The notes: generated from the letters alone by a model not told the origin. 63,136 nucleotides of DNA, filler included, from Anaerolineae bacterium (GCA_041082215.1; 8 parts of 8 records of this genome joined end to end with filler, not necessarily neighbours in it), one strand, 5' to 3'. Counted from the first letter of the whole stretch, positions 45,063-55,400 are shown. Numbers and translations: made by a program.

Positions 45063-45806
45063 TTAAGCTGGCTTCTCTGCCAGGGCGATGATCCGGTGGG
45101 CCTGGGGGTCGAACGGTTCGCCGTTCCAGCCGCCGTAGACGGCGGACCAGCGCAGGCCGGCGGCCTCGATCAGGGATCGGAGTTCGGTGGCGGTGTAGAG
45201 ACGCGCATCGAACTCCAGGCTCTGCCATTCCCCACCTTCCAGCCATCGCCAGGTCTCCCCGGCCCGCCCGGCCACAGGGTCGAGCCACGGATCTGCCAGC
45301 ACGATCAGGTCGCCCGCCTCGAACCAGTACCGTTGCAGGCTCTGGCGGACCCGCCAGTCGCGGTTGATCACGTCAATGAGGAAGCGGCCGCCTGGCTTGA
45401 GGGTGCGGGCTACCCCCTCCAGCACCCGCCGGTTCTCCTCCTCGCTGGTGAAGTAGCCGAAGGAGGAGAAGATATTGATGACGGCGTCGAAGGCCCCTGT
45501 CCAGGGGATATCCCGCATATCACCCCGGTGCCAGGTGACCTCTATACCGGCCTCGCTGGCGGCGATGCGGGCCTGTCCCAGCAGGGTTTCGCTGAGGTCG
45601 AGGCCGGTGACCTGGAAGCCTCGCTGGGCCAGGGGGATGGTGATGCGGCCGTAGCCACAGGCCAGGTCGAGGACGGTGGCTCCCGGCCTTAATCCCAGAT
45701 AGCGGACGATGCCATCCACCTGCTGTTGAGTGGCCTCCGGCGTGGTCAGCGGCCCAAAGAGCCGCAGGTATCGGTCGTCGAACAACGTTTCCCACCAGGC
45801 CATCAT
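45063..45806 (-). CDS. Class I SAM-dependent methyltransferase
   Basis: VLDLACGYGR; GDMR; FSSFGYF; LKPGGRFLID; AGGAGGTG RBS. Confidence 0.92.
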   Translation of the reverse strand: MMAWWETLFDDRYLRLFGPLTTPEATQQQVDGIVRYLGLRPGATVLDLACGYGRITIPLAQRGFQVTGLDLSETLLGQARIAASEAGIEVTWHRGDMRDIPWTGAFDAVINIFSSFGYFTSEEENRRVLEGVARTLKPGGRFLIDVINRDWRVRQSLQRYWFEAGDLIVLADPWLDPVAGRAGETWRWLEGGEWQSLEFDARLYTATELRSLIEAAGLRWSAVYGGWNGEPFDPQAHRIIALAEKPA

Positions 45807-45818
45807 GCACCTCCTACA

Positions 45819-46113
45819 CAAACGCCCCTTCCGTCCAGGGACGGAAGGGGCGGATTCCGCGGTACCACCCTGGTTCGCCGGCTGTGCCGGCGCCCTCGCC
45901 AGCCCTCGCCCGCTGGTGCGGCCAAGGGCCTCCGCTGTAACGGGCGAACCCGGAGGAGCTTATCCGGAGGCGGCTCCGTTTCGGCCCCTCGACTCCCAGG
46001 CGACCTTCGGTCGGTGGCGCTGCAGGGGGCTTGCAGCCGGTGACCCCCCTCTCTGCCTGCCCTGCGGGGCAGTTCACCAGGGCCGGGCCGACCTACTCCT
46101 CCTGTTCATCGTC
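45819..46113 (-). promoter_or_regulatory. T-box riboswitch, Val (GUC) specifier
   Basis: Minus strand: GACGATGAACAGGAGGAGTAG start; AGAGAG and GCTGCAAG stem-I motifs; GAAG-GTC-GCCT specifier (plus 46002-46004); T-box GGGTGGTACCGCG; terminator GCCCCTTCCGTCC/GGACGGAAGGGGC. Confidence 0.9.
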
Positions 46114-46139
46114 TTTCTTCCCGGTCAGTTGTTGCCCAA

Positions 46140-46168
46140 ATTGTACCATTTTTAGGCCAGTTTGTCAA
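46140..46168 (-). promoter_or_regulatory. sigma70 promoter for the T-box leader
   Basis: TTGACA-17 bp-TACAAT with extended TG on the minus strand. Confidence 0.8.
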
Positions 46169-46268
46169 TTTCGGTTGGGGCTGGTTGCCCCTGCTATTCC
46201 TGGGAGTTTTTGCGTTATGGTTGGGATCGGGTATACTTATGTGGAAACCCATATGTGGAGGTGAACCG

Positions 46269-47192
46269 ATGAGCGAACCGGCGGGCGGCCCGGCCGTCAA
46301 GTCATCTGTTGGGACTCTCTGGCGGTTGTCGGCGGTTATGGGGAAGGCGCGGGCCTTTATGGCTTTGACCAAGCCGCTTCAGACGGCGCTGTTGCTGGTG
46401 ACAGGGGTTTGCGCTTATGCCCTGAGCCTGCCCGGTCGGGTGGGGTGGGGGGAGCTGGCGGCCGCCGCGGTGGCGCTGACCGGTGCGATTGGGGGATGCA
46501 CGGCGCTGAACATGGTGCTCGATCGGGACATTGACGCCCGGATGGGGCGGACCGTCCGTCGGCCTCTGCCGGCGGGCCTGGTGAGCCTCCGGTCTGCGGT
46601 GGCCTTTGGTCTGGTGATTTCAGCGGGAGGGATAGGGTTGGCCTGGGTCCTTTCCCCCCTTTTTGGGCTGATCGTCAGCCTGGGCTTTGTCATTGATCTG
46701 GGGGTGTATACCCTGTGGCTGAAGCGTCGGACCCCCTTTTCGATTCTCTGGGGTGGGATATCGGGGGGGATGCCAGCTCTGGCCGGGCGGGTCCTGGCGG
46801 TGGGGCGTGTGGATGGGGTGGGGATTCTTCTGGCGATGGGAGTGCTTTTCTGGATCCCGGCTCACATCCTGACCCTTTCCGCCCACTATGCGCGGGAGTA
46901 TCGGCTGGCGGGGGTGCCGGTCTGGCCGAATGTATACGGGCCGACGGCCACCCGTCGGGTGGTGGCAGGGGCGACGTTTCTGGACGTAGTGGTGCTGGTG
47001 TCGGCGGGGGTCCTTCTGGGCATCCATCCTGTTGCCCTGGGCGTGCTGGGGGTGTTGGGAGGCGGGCTTTCGGGCCTGGCGGTTGCGGCGCTCATTCGGC
47101 CCTCGGAGGGCCTGAACTGGCGGCTCTTTAAGTTTGCTTCTATCTATATGTTGGGAGCTTTTATCTGTTTGACGGTTGGGGCAGTGATATAG
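46269..47192 (+). CDS. ctaB: Protoheme IX farnesyltransferase (heme o synthase, UbiA family)
   Basis: 'LNMVLDRDIDARMGRTVRRPLPAG'; 'YTLWLKRRT'; 'FWIPAH'; GGAGGTG RBS. Confidence 0.88.
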   Translation: MSEPAGGPAVKSSVGTLWRLSAVMGKARAFMALTKPLQTALLLVTGVCAYALSLPGRVGWGELAAAAVALTGAIGGCTALNMVLDRDIDARMGRTVRRPLPAGLVSLRSAVAFGLVISAGGIGLAWVLSPLFGLIVSLGFVIDLGVYTLWLKRRTPFSILWGGISGGMPALAGRVLAVGRVDGVGILLAMGVLFWIPAHILTLSAHYAREYRLAGVPVWPNVYGPTATRRVVAGATFLDVVVLVSAGVLLGIHPVALGVLGVLGGGLSGLAVAALIRPSEGLNWRLFKFASIYMLGAFICLTVGAVI

Positions 47193-47274
47193 CGTCGGGA
47201 CTTCGGTTTTTTCTCCGCGTCCTCTTCGCCTCTGTGGTTTTTCCGCCTGTCGCAAGCGTGCGACTTCTGAGCGT

Positions 47275-47976
47275 ATGGACCTGCCTCCCACTTTAGAGGG
47301 CCGTTTTCTGCGGCGGGAGAATCGGTTTCGGGTGGTCGTGGAGCTGGATGGGCGGCCGGTGGCTGCCCACCTGCCCAATTCAGGCCGTCTGGCCGAGCTT
47401 CTGGAGCCGGGTCGGATCTGTTATCTGGTTTCACAGGAGGGGAGGCATCGCTGCACTGCATATGACCTGGTGCTGGTGGAATGGGATGGGGTGCTGGTGT
47501 CGGTGGATGCACGGTTGCCGGGCAGGCTGGTGGCCGAAAGCGTGCTGGCGGGGCGGCTTTTCCCGTGGTGGGGGGTGACGTTGATGGAGGCGGAGGTCAG
47601 GTGGGGGCGGAGCCGGTTAGACCTGAGGTTCGGGGGAGTGGGGGGTAGCTGGTGGGTGGAGGCCAAGTCGGTGACGCTGGTGGAGGATGGGGTGGCGTTA
47701 TTTCCGGACGCGCCGACGGAGCGGGGGCGTCGGCATTTGGAGGAGTTGAGGGAGCTGGTGCGGCGGGGGGAGCGGGCGGCGGTTGTTTTTGTGGTGCAGC
47801 GGGGTGATGCGGTGGCGTTTGCCCCCAACGTTGTAGCCGATCCTGGCTTTGCCCGTTTGCTGGGGGAGGTGGGAGGTGAGGGGGTAGGGGTGCATGCCGT
47901 TCGGTGTCGGGTGGCGCGGGCGGGGATCGAGGTGGAGGGGGAGTTGCCGGTTGTTTGGGGGAGAAGTGGGGGTTGA
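47275..47976 (+). CDS. sfsA: SfsA nuclease-fold protein
   Basis: RENRF; AHLPNSGRL; EAKSVTL; FPDAPTERGRRHL. Confidence 0.93.
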   Translation: MDLPPTLEGRFLRRENRFRVVVELDGRPVAAHLPNSGRLAELLEPGRICYLVSQEGRHRCTAYDLVLVEWDGVLVSVDARLPGRLVAESVLAGRLFPWWGVTLMEAEVRWGRSRLDLRFGGVGGSWWVEAKSVTLVEDGVALFPDAPTERGRRHLEELRELVRRGERAAVVFVVQRGDAVAFAPNVVADPGFARLLGEVGGEGVGVHAVRCRVARAGIEVEGELPVVWGRSGG

Positions 47977-48001
47977 CGAAACGGTTGGATTGTGGTAAGA
48001 T
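47973..48001 (+). promoter_or_regulatory. sigma70 promoter of tRNA-Asp
   Basis: TTGACG-17 bp-TAAGAT with extended TG, 12 nt upstream of the tRNA. Confidence 0.7.
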
Positions 48002-48013
48002 GTGAACCGTTTA

Positions 48014-48087
48014 GGGGCCGTGGTGTAGTTGGTCAACATACCGGCCTGTCAAGCCGGAGATCGCGGGTTCAAGCCCCGTCGGCCCCG
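48014..48087 (+). tRNA. tRNA-Asp(GTC), CCA not encoded
   Basis: Acceptor GGGGCCG/CGGCCCC; anticodon arm CCGGC-CTGTCAA-GCCGG; T arm GGTTCAAG. Confidence 0.96.
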
Positions 48088-48145
48088 CTCGTGGTAACTT
48101 CCCCCTCATACAAGGCCCAAGGCCTTGAGGGTGGAGGCCAGGTGG

Positions 48146-48197
48146 GAGAGCCATCCCGTGCGCCTGCCAACGCTGGGGGATGGCTCTTCGCTTTTTC
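48146..48197 (+). terminator. Intrinsic terminator after the tRNA
   Basis: AGAGCCATCCC...GGGATGGCTCT stem followed by a T-rich tail. Confidence 0.65.
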
Positions 48198-48221
48198 ACC
48201 CAGCCTCCTCGATCTCTGGCT

Positions 48222-48321
48222 NNNNNNNNNNNNNNNNNNNNNNNNNNNNNNNNNNNNNNNNNNNNTTAATTAATTAANNNNNNNNNNNNNNNNNNNNNNN
48301 NNNNNNNNNNNNNNNNNNNNN
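48222..48321. other. Artificial contig spacer
   Basis: N-run with TTAATTAATTAA. Confidence 0.99.
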
Positions 48322-48322
48322 G

Positions 48323-49639
48323 GCCGAAGGACAAAACTTCGATTCCTCCCAATTCGACATCTACGGCTTCGACCTCGCTACCAACCAGCCCTTCCTCGTT
48401 AGCAACCACCCCGCCAACGAAACCGCCCCCGCCCTCTTCGGCGAGCGCCTCGTCTGGCAGCGCGAGGAAAGCGGCATCCCCCAGATCGTCTCCCTCGACC
48501 TCGCCGGCAAACGCCCACCGTTGCCGCCGACAGTGGCACCTCTGGAGAAGGAGGAATCGCTTCCAAGCCCGCTCGCGGAGCCGCAGGAACGGTCCTTTTT
48601 CCCCACCGGGAACCCGTACAAGGGGATGCACGGAGCGAACGGGGACGGCTGGCAGGTCGCCTCGCCCAGGTCGACCGATGCCGTTGTACGCAGCAACGGG
48701 TCCCCCTATTTCGATTACTACCTGGTGCTCGATTCCGATCTGGGCCGGCCGACGGGGTACCCGAGCCCCCGCGGTCCCACGGTAGGGGATCTCTACCGGA
48801 CGATCCGCGTGAACTATTCCAAGATCGTGCTCGTGCGCCTTTGGCCGACGCTTTACCCCAACCCGGCGGGCACGGTAACGCCCGACGCCGTGGGGCAGCA
48901 GTACATCCGCCTCGCCTCCAGCCAGGATTGGGTGCGGATGGTGCAGACGAATAACGAGCCAAACCTGGAGTGGCCAGCGGCCTGTTACCAGTGTCGCTGG
49001 GTCACCGGCGGTCAAACTCGCACGTACACCTGGAACGGCATGAAGGACTACCGCCTCTACCAGGCGATCAACCAGTGGTACATCGATATCTGGTACGTGG
49101 TGGAATGGTACCGAAACAACCATCCTGACCCCACGATCCGCAGCCGCCTACAAAACATGCAGCGCTACACCCCGCCGATGGCCGAGATCTACTGCAATCT
49201 GGACAACGGCCAGAACTTTTACACCTACCTGCAGCCGATGATCGACCGCTACGATTATTTCACCTACCACGTCTACCCCTGGCCGGAGTTCGATGCGCTG
49301 AATGGATATGTCAAGAATAACACCTGGCCGTGGTTCACCTCCTGGCTCCGCACCCAGATCTCAAGTGGAACCGTGCTGTCTCGGATTACGGAGTTCGGGT
49401 GGAACCCGGGGCAGATGGACCGTACCGGATCAACCCAGCAGAGCCGCGTGTGGGGAAACGACGGCCGCTGGCACACCTTCTGCGGGGATGTACAGGGCTT
49501 TATCACCTACCAACGGAGGAATGCATACGGAGTTATGGTCTTCCTTGTGCAATCCACCGACCCGGTGCTGGAGAAGCACGATGGGCTCGACAACAACGGA
49601 AATCCATACTCCTGGTTCAGCTGTTATCGGTCGTGGTAG
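48323..49639 (+). CDS. Beta-propeller repeat + putative clan GH-A glycoside hydrolase (5'-truncated)
   Basis: Frame open from contig start (DIYGFDLAT..PALFGERLVWQ); Pro-rich linker; NNEPN (acid/base-like), TYHVY, ITEFG (nucleophile-like). Confidence 0.65.
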   Translation, partial: AEGQNFDSSQFDIYGFDLATNQPFLVSNHPANETAPALFGERLVWQREESGIPQIVSLDLAGKRPPLPPTVAPLEKEESLPSPLAEPQERSFFPTGNPYKGMHGANGDGWQVASPRSTDAVVRSNGSPYFDYYLVLDSDLGRPTGYPSPRGPTVGDLYRTIRVNYSKIVLVRLWPTLYPNPAGTVTPDAVGQQYIRLASSQDWVRMVQTNNEPNLEWPAACYQCRWVTGGQTRTYTWNGMKDYRLYQAINQWYIDIWYVVEWYRNNHPDPTIRSRLQNMQRYTPPMAEIYCNLDNGQNFYTYLQPMIDRYDYFTYHVYPWPEFDALNGYVKNNTWPWFTSWLRTQISSGTVLSRITEFGWNPGQMDRTGSTQQSRVWGNDGRWHTFCGDVQGFITYQRRNAYGVMVFLVQSTDPVLEKHDGLDNNGNPYSWFSCYRSW

Positions 49640-49684
49640 TTCTGCAGGGAGGGGGTGTTACCCCCCGTACAGGAGGGAAAACCA

Positions 49685-50126
49685 ATGTCTCGCTTCCGGA
49701 TCTGCGCATGCTACCTGGCAGCGCTCGTACTGCTGAGCGGCTGTGTAGCGACCTCCGCGCCCGCCCAGGGAAGCCCGAGCGCTCTCCCGCTCGTCCCTAC
49801 CCCGTGGCCGGCCGCTTCCCCTGTAACAACACCCGTCACTCCTGAACCCGCGTCTCTGCCGACGCTCCCTCCCTTGCCCGCGCCCACCGCGACGCAGGCC
49901 GGTCCCACGGCCGCGCCACCCATCCCCACCGCGGTTCTGGACCTGGGCAGTGTGCTATGGCCGGGCGCTGGAGAGCAGCTCCAGCCGAAGGTGTGGGGCT
50001 CACTCGTCGCCTGGACCGACTACCGCTCCCCCACCCCCACCATCGCCCTCTTCGATACCGCCTCCGCCGCCTTCTCCCTCCTCCCCTCCCCCTCCCCCAA
50101 CACCGCCCGCCTCAACCCCGCCCTCT
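49685..50126 (+). CDS. Lipoprotein with Pro-rich linker and beta-propeller repeat (3'-truncated)
   Basis: Lipobox LLSG-C; 'QLQPKVWGSLVAWTDYR'; GGAGGG RBS. Confidence 0.7.
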
Positions 50127-50226
50127 NNNNNNNNNNNNNNNNNNNNNNNNNNNNNNNNNNNNNNNNNNNNTTAATTAATTAANNNNNNNNNNNNNNNNNN
50201 NNNNNNNNNNNNNNNNNNNNNNNNNN
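50127..50226. other. Artificial contig spacer
   Basis: N-run with TTAATTAATTAA. Confidence 0.99.
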
Positions 50227-50227
50227 C

Positions 50228-52459
50228 GGGGGGGGGGGGGGGGCGGTCGAACCCCGGGCCGCCCTTCTCTTCTTCGCCGCCTCTGCTGCCCTTTTCGTCT
50301 TTCTGAGCACCCGCGCCTCCCTCTGGCTCTGGGAAGCCCTTCCCCTCCTGTCCTTCGTCCAGTTCCCCTGGCGGTTCATCGGCCGCGCCGCCCTCCCCAT
50401 AGACCTCCTGGCCGGAGCTGCTGTATCATCACGCAACACGCAGTACGCAGCACGCAGTACGCAATACGTGTTGCGTATCGCGTATTACGTAATTATGGCG
50501 GGATTCGTCGTGTCTGCTTTCCCTGCCACCTATTTCCCCTACGGCCTCTGCCCCCGTGCCGCCCAGCCCGTCGTCGCCGACATCCACCGCTACGAGCACG
50601 AGAGCCGGCTGGTGGGGGTGGACCCGGAGGGGTCGTATTTCCCGGTGTGGGTGGAGGAGCGGCCCACCGGCTCGCCGCTGGAGGCCCGATATGCCGCCGG
50701 GGGGGAGGTAGCCCGCTTCGACGAGGCTGCGTTGCCGGAGGGGGCACGCCTGCTGGAGGCCGACTACGGCCCCAACCGGGCCCGCCTCGTCGTCGAATCG
50801 CCCGCCCCTTTCCGCGCCCGCTACCTGGCCTTCTACTTCCCCGGCTGGCGGGTTGAGGTGGATGGGCAGCCCGTCTCCACCGTGCCCAGCGATCCAGAGG
50901 GCCTCATTACCTTCGACGTACCCGCCGGTCTCCACACGATTACCGTCCGCTTCACCGAGACTCCCCTCCGCCTCACCGCCGATCTCCTCTCCCTCGCCTC
51001 CCTCCTCACCCTCATCCTCCTCTCCGCTCTCCTGCGTTTCCGTGTCCCCCCCTCTCCCCCTCTCCGCGTCTCCGCGTCTCCGCGTCTTCCCCTCACCCTC
51101 CTGCTCTTTGCCTCTTGCCTTCTCGCTATCAAGCTCCTCGTGGTAGACCAGATAGAGAATCCCTTCCGCCGCCCCTTGCTCCAGCCCGACGGTGTCCTGC
51201 CCAAAGTAGAGTATCCCCTGAACCGGCCCTACGCCGATGGGATGACCCTCATCGGGTATGACCTGAGCGAAGCAGAGGTGGCCGCCGACGGGGTGCTGCG
51301 GGTGGACCTTCACTGGACGGCGCGGGAACGGCCCACGCGGCCGTATCAGTCGGTCGTTCAGTTGGTCGGGCCGGATGGGTTCCTCTGGAGTCCGCAGGAC
51401 AGCTACCGACCCCGCGGCTACCACCGCCCCCCCTCCACCGAAACCTGGGAGCCGGGCTACTGGGCGCTGGACAGCCACGAGGTGGAGCCGCTGCCCGGCA
51501 CGCCGCCAGGGACCTACCGGCTGGTGGTGATCCTTTTCGATCGGGAGACGTTGACGCCGCTTTCAGTGCTGGATGAATCGGGTCAGCCCGCCGCGCCGGA
51601 GCTGACGCTGGGGGAGGTCGCCCTGACCCGCCCCCGCCGCCTGACGGAGCCGCCCACCCGGAGCCGGCTCGACCTGGCCCTGGGCGATCTCACCCTGCTG
51701 ACGGCCGGGTTCGACCGGGAACAGGCCGCCCCCGGCGATGCGGTCCACGCCACCTTCCTCTGGCGGGTCGAACAGGGGCCGGTTGCCGAGCCTGCGCCGA
51801 TCCTGGCACTGCTGGCGCCCGACGGCTCCGTCGCCGCCGACTACCCCCTTTCTCCCCTCATCCCCTGGTTCCCGGCCACCGACTGGCTTCCCGGCGAAGT
51901 CTGGCGCACCCAGCACCGGCTCACCCTCCCCGCCACCCTCGAAACCGCCACCTACACCTGGACCCTCCAGGTCACCCAATCACCCGGTTACCCACTCACC
52001 CATTTGTCCATCACCGCCCCCCCGCACACCTTCACCCCGCCCCCCTTCGATCACCCCGTGGACATCACCCTGGGCAACCTCGCCACCCTCGTCGGCTTCA
52101 CCCAGTCCCCCAGTCCCCCAGTCCCCCAATCACCCAATCACCCAATCACCCTCACCCTGGTCTGGCGCGCCGAAGCCACCGCCTCCGAGTCGTACCACGT
52201 CTTCCTCCACCTGCTGGGGCCCGATGGGCGGATCGTGGCCCAGTCGGACGGGGTGCCGGCGGGCTGGACCCGGCCCACTACCGGCTGGCTCCCCGGCGAG
52301 TACATCGTGGACACCCGCACCCTCACCCTTCCGCCAGACGCCCTCCCGGGCACCTACATTCTCCAGGCCGGCCTCTACCTCCCCGGCGACGGCCGCCTCA
52401 CCACCGCCGATGGCGCCGATGCCATCCGGCTGACAACGATCACGGTGCAGGGGCAATGA
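50228..52459 (+). CDS. PTPS-related GT-C membrane protein with Ig-like modules (5'-truncated)
   Basis: Frame of the 50468 ORF extends upstream through LWEALPLLSFVQFPWRF; paralogous to 32093 and 52456 genes. Confidence 0.8.
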   Translation, partial: GGGGGAVEPRAALLFFAASAALFVFLSTRASLWLWEALPLLSFVQFPWRFIGRAALPIDLLAGAAVSSRNTQYAARSTQYVLRIAYYVIMAGFVVSAFPATYFPYGLCPRAAQPVVADIHRYEHESRLVGVDPEGSYFPVWVEERPTGSPLEARYAAGGEVARFDEAALPEGARLLEADYGPNRARLVVESPAPFRARYLAFYFPGWRVEVDGQPVSTVPSDPEGLITFDVPAGLHTITVRFTETPLRLTADLLSLASLLTLILLSALLRFRVPPSPPLRVSASPRLPLTLLLFASCLLAIKLLVVDQIENPFRRPLLQPDGVLPKVEYPLNRPYADGMTLIGYDLSEAEVAADGVLRVDLHWTARERPTRPYQSVVQLVGPDGFLWSPQDSYRPRGYHRPPSTETWEPGYWALDSHEVEPLPGTPPGTYRLVVILFDRETLTPLSVLDESGQPAAPELTLGEVALTRPRRLTEPPTRSRLDLALGDLTLLTAGFDREQAAPGDAVHATFLWRVEQGPVAEPAPILALLAPDGSVAADYPLSPLIPWFPATDWLPGEVWRTQHRLTLPATLETATYTWTLQVTQSPGYPLTHLSITAPPHTFTPPPFDHPVDITLGNLATLVGFTQSPSPPVPQSPNHPITLTLVWRAEATASESYHVFLHLLGPDGRIVAQSDGVPAGWTRPTTGWLPGEYIVDTRTLTLPPDALPGTYILQAGLYLPGDGRLTTADGADAIRLTTITVQGQ

Positions 52460-55400
52460 GTCGTCACCCGTCACCCGTCATCCGTCATTCGTCACTTGTC
52501 CTCTGTCTCCTGCTCCTCTTTGTTCCCGCCCTCCAGCCCCTTCTCACCGCAGACCTCACCTGTGGCTACGACAACGTCTTCCACCTCTGGCGGGCCGTGC
52601 AGGTGGAGCAGCTCTGGCGGCAAGGGGTGCTCTTCAGCCGCTGGGCGCCGGATATGGCCCACGGCTTCGGCTTCCCGCTTTTCGTTTTCGTCTCCTCCCT
52701 CTCGGCCTCCGTGGCGGCCGCCCTGCATCTTGTGGGCCTGCAGTGGCCTGTGGCGCTGAACGGGGCCTTCGCCCTGGGGATGTTGATGGGCGGCCTCTTC
52801 GCCTTCCTCCTGGCGCGCGACCTCTTCGGCACCCCGGGAGGGATCGTGGGGGCCGTCGCCTATGTTTACGCCCCCTATCAGGCCTACGAGGTCTTCAACC
52901 GGGGGAGCCTCTGGGAATCCTTCGCCTGGGCTTTCCCACCACTGGCTCTCTGTGGGCTGCATCGCTGGGCGGTTCACCGCGACCGGCGCTTTCTGACCAT
53001 CGGGGCGGTCGGGCTGGCGCTCCTGATCTGCACCCATCAGCTCTTCGCCTTTCTTTTTGCCCCTCTTCTGGCGGGATGGGTGCTGCTGGCCTGGTATAAC
53101 GGTCGCGACCCCAGGGCGCTGTTGCGCGGTGCGGCGATGGGGCTGCTGGGACTGGGCCTGAGCGCCTTCTACTGGCTGCCGGGCCTGATGGAGCGGGAAT
53201 TTGTGCAGACGGAGCGGCTCCTGGGGACGTGGGTCTTCGATTACCACAACAACTTCATCACCCTGGCCGACCTTCTGGCCCTGCCCCGGTCGGTGGACCC
53301 GGCGCTGATCAACGATTGGCCCCCCAAGGCTCTGGGACTGCTGCCGGTGCTTGTGGGCCTGCTTCCGCTGCTCCGCTGGCGGGGGATGGGCCGGGAGCAA
53401 CGGGCACAGGTTGCCCTGCTTCTGCTCCTTGCCGCTGGCTTTGCCCTGATGGCCCTGCCCCTTTCCCTCCCCTTATGGGAGCACCTGCCGTTCCTGCCCT
53501 ACGTCCAGTTCCCCTGGCGGTTCCTTGGCCCCGCTGCCTTCTGCCTGGCCCTCCTTGCCGCCGCTATTTTTGACCCCCGACGAAACACGCATTACGCAAC
53601 ACGTACTGCGTATTACGTGTTCCGTCTGGGATTTCCCTTCACTATCGCCGCCCTTCTTCTGGGGAACCTGGGCTGGTTCTACCCCGCCCACTGCGCCCCG
53701 CCAGAGGAGATCTCCATCCGGGGGATGATTGCCTGGGAGCGGGCGACCGACACCCTGGGGACCACAGCCAGGGGGGAGTATCTGCCGGTCTGGGTGCGTC
53801 GGATGCCGCAAAGCGACGATCTGCGGGCGGCCTACGAGACAGGCGGCCCCATCTCCCGGCTGGACCCCCAAAGCTTGCCGGAGGCTGCCCACGTTCTGGA
53901 GGCCGACTATGGCCCGTTGGGAGCAGCCCTCGGGCTGGAAACCCCTGTTCCCTTCCGCGCCCGCTACCTGGCCTTCTACTACCCCGGATGGCGGGTCTGG
54001 GTGGACGGGGAGCCTGTCCCCATCGCGCCCAGTAATCCAGAGGGCCTCATTACCTTCGACGTACCCGCCGGTCTTCACACAATCACCATCCGCTTCACCG
54101 AGACCCCGCTGCGGCTCATCGCCGACATCCTCTCCCTTGCTTCCCTCGTCACCCTCATCGCCACCCTGTTTCTCATCCGCCCCCCAGTCCCCCAACCACC
54201 CAATCACCCGATCACCCAATCACCTGCTCGCCCAGTCACCCAGTCACCTGCTCACCCAGCCACCCTCCTCCTCACCGCCTTTCTGCTCCTCCTGCTCAAG
54301 GCGACCCTCATTGACCGCGTGGACAACCCTCTGCGCCACATCCGCCTGCGCGACGGGCAACTGGAAGGGGTGGAGGTCCCCGCCCAGACGGTCTTCGACG
54401 GCCAGTTCCGGCTTCTGGGGCACGACGCGCTGCCGGAGGAGGTGCCGGGCGATCGGCCGATCCCCGTCCGCCTGTACTGGCAGGACCCCGTCCCCGGCGG
54501 CCCCGACTATCGGGTGGCGCTGGCGCTGAAGGGTGCGGACGGGCTGACGTGGAGCGACCCCGATCCGCAGCCGCCCCGCTGGCATCGGACGCCGCCCCCG
54601 GCCTACCTCTGGCCGCCTGACGGATATGTCCTGACGGCGTTCGATCTACGGCCAATGGTCGGCACGCCGCCCGGCGTCTACACCGTCACCCTGTCCGTCT
54701 TCGACCGTGCCACCCTGGCCCCCTTCGCCGCCCAGGGCGGGGCCGGGCGGGGCCTGGGGCTTGAGATCGCGCTGGGGCAGGTGGAGATCACCCGTCCTCG
54801 CCGCCCTCCGGAGGCCCCTCCGGCCCAGTACAGGGCCGACTTCCCCCTTGGCCCCATCCGGCTGGTGGGGTATAATCTGGATCGGAGCGAGGCCGCCCCC
54901 GGCGACCCCTTCCTCCTGACCCTTTTCTGGCAGGTGGAGGAAACACCCGAGGAAGAGCTTCGACTTCAACTGAACCTGCAACCTGCAACCTGGCATCTCC
55001 AACCCTCCCCTTTTCCCCTGACTCAGTGGCGGGAAGGCGACCTCTGGCGGGGCCAGCATCTCTTGCGTCTCCCGGCAGGGCTGGAGAGCGGCGCGTACCG
55101 GTGGACCCTTCAGGTCTGCCAGGGCTCAGCGCCGGAGTGCGAGCCGATGGGAGAGGAAGTGACTCTGGGCACCCTGGAAATCCACGCCCCCCAGCGGCTG
55201 TGGGAGCCGCCGCCGCTGGACGTCAAGAGCAACGCCCGCCTGGGCGACGTCGTCACGTTGTTGGGAGCACAGCTTACGACTTGCGACCTGGCCACGATCT
55301 GTAATCTGCAACCCGGAACCACCCTGACCGTCACCCTCGTCTGGCGGGCCGAGGCGGAGATGGAGGCCAGCTACCGGGTCTTTCTGCATCTGGTGGGGCC

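Noticed and set aside
48014..48221. tRNA-Asp as an integration site of a mobile element
   Set aside because: No integrase or duplicated tRNA 3' end visible before the contig ends
50227..50243. Poly-G tract as a phase-variation site
   Set aside because: Lies at the very contig edge, where sequencing or assembly artefacts are likely
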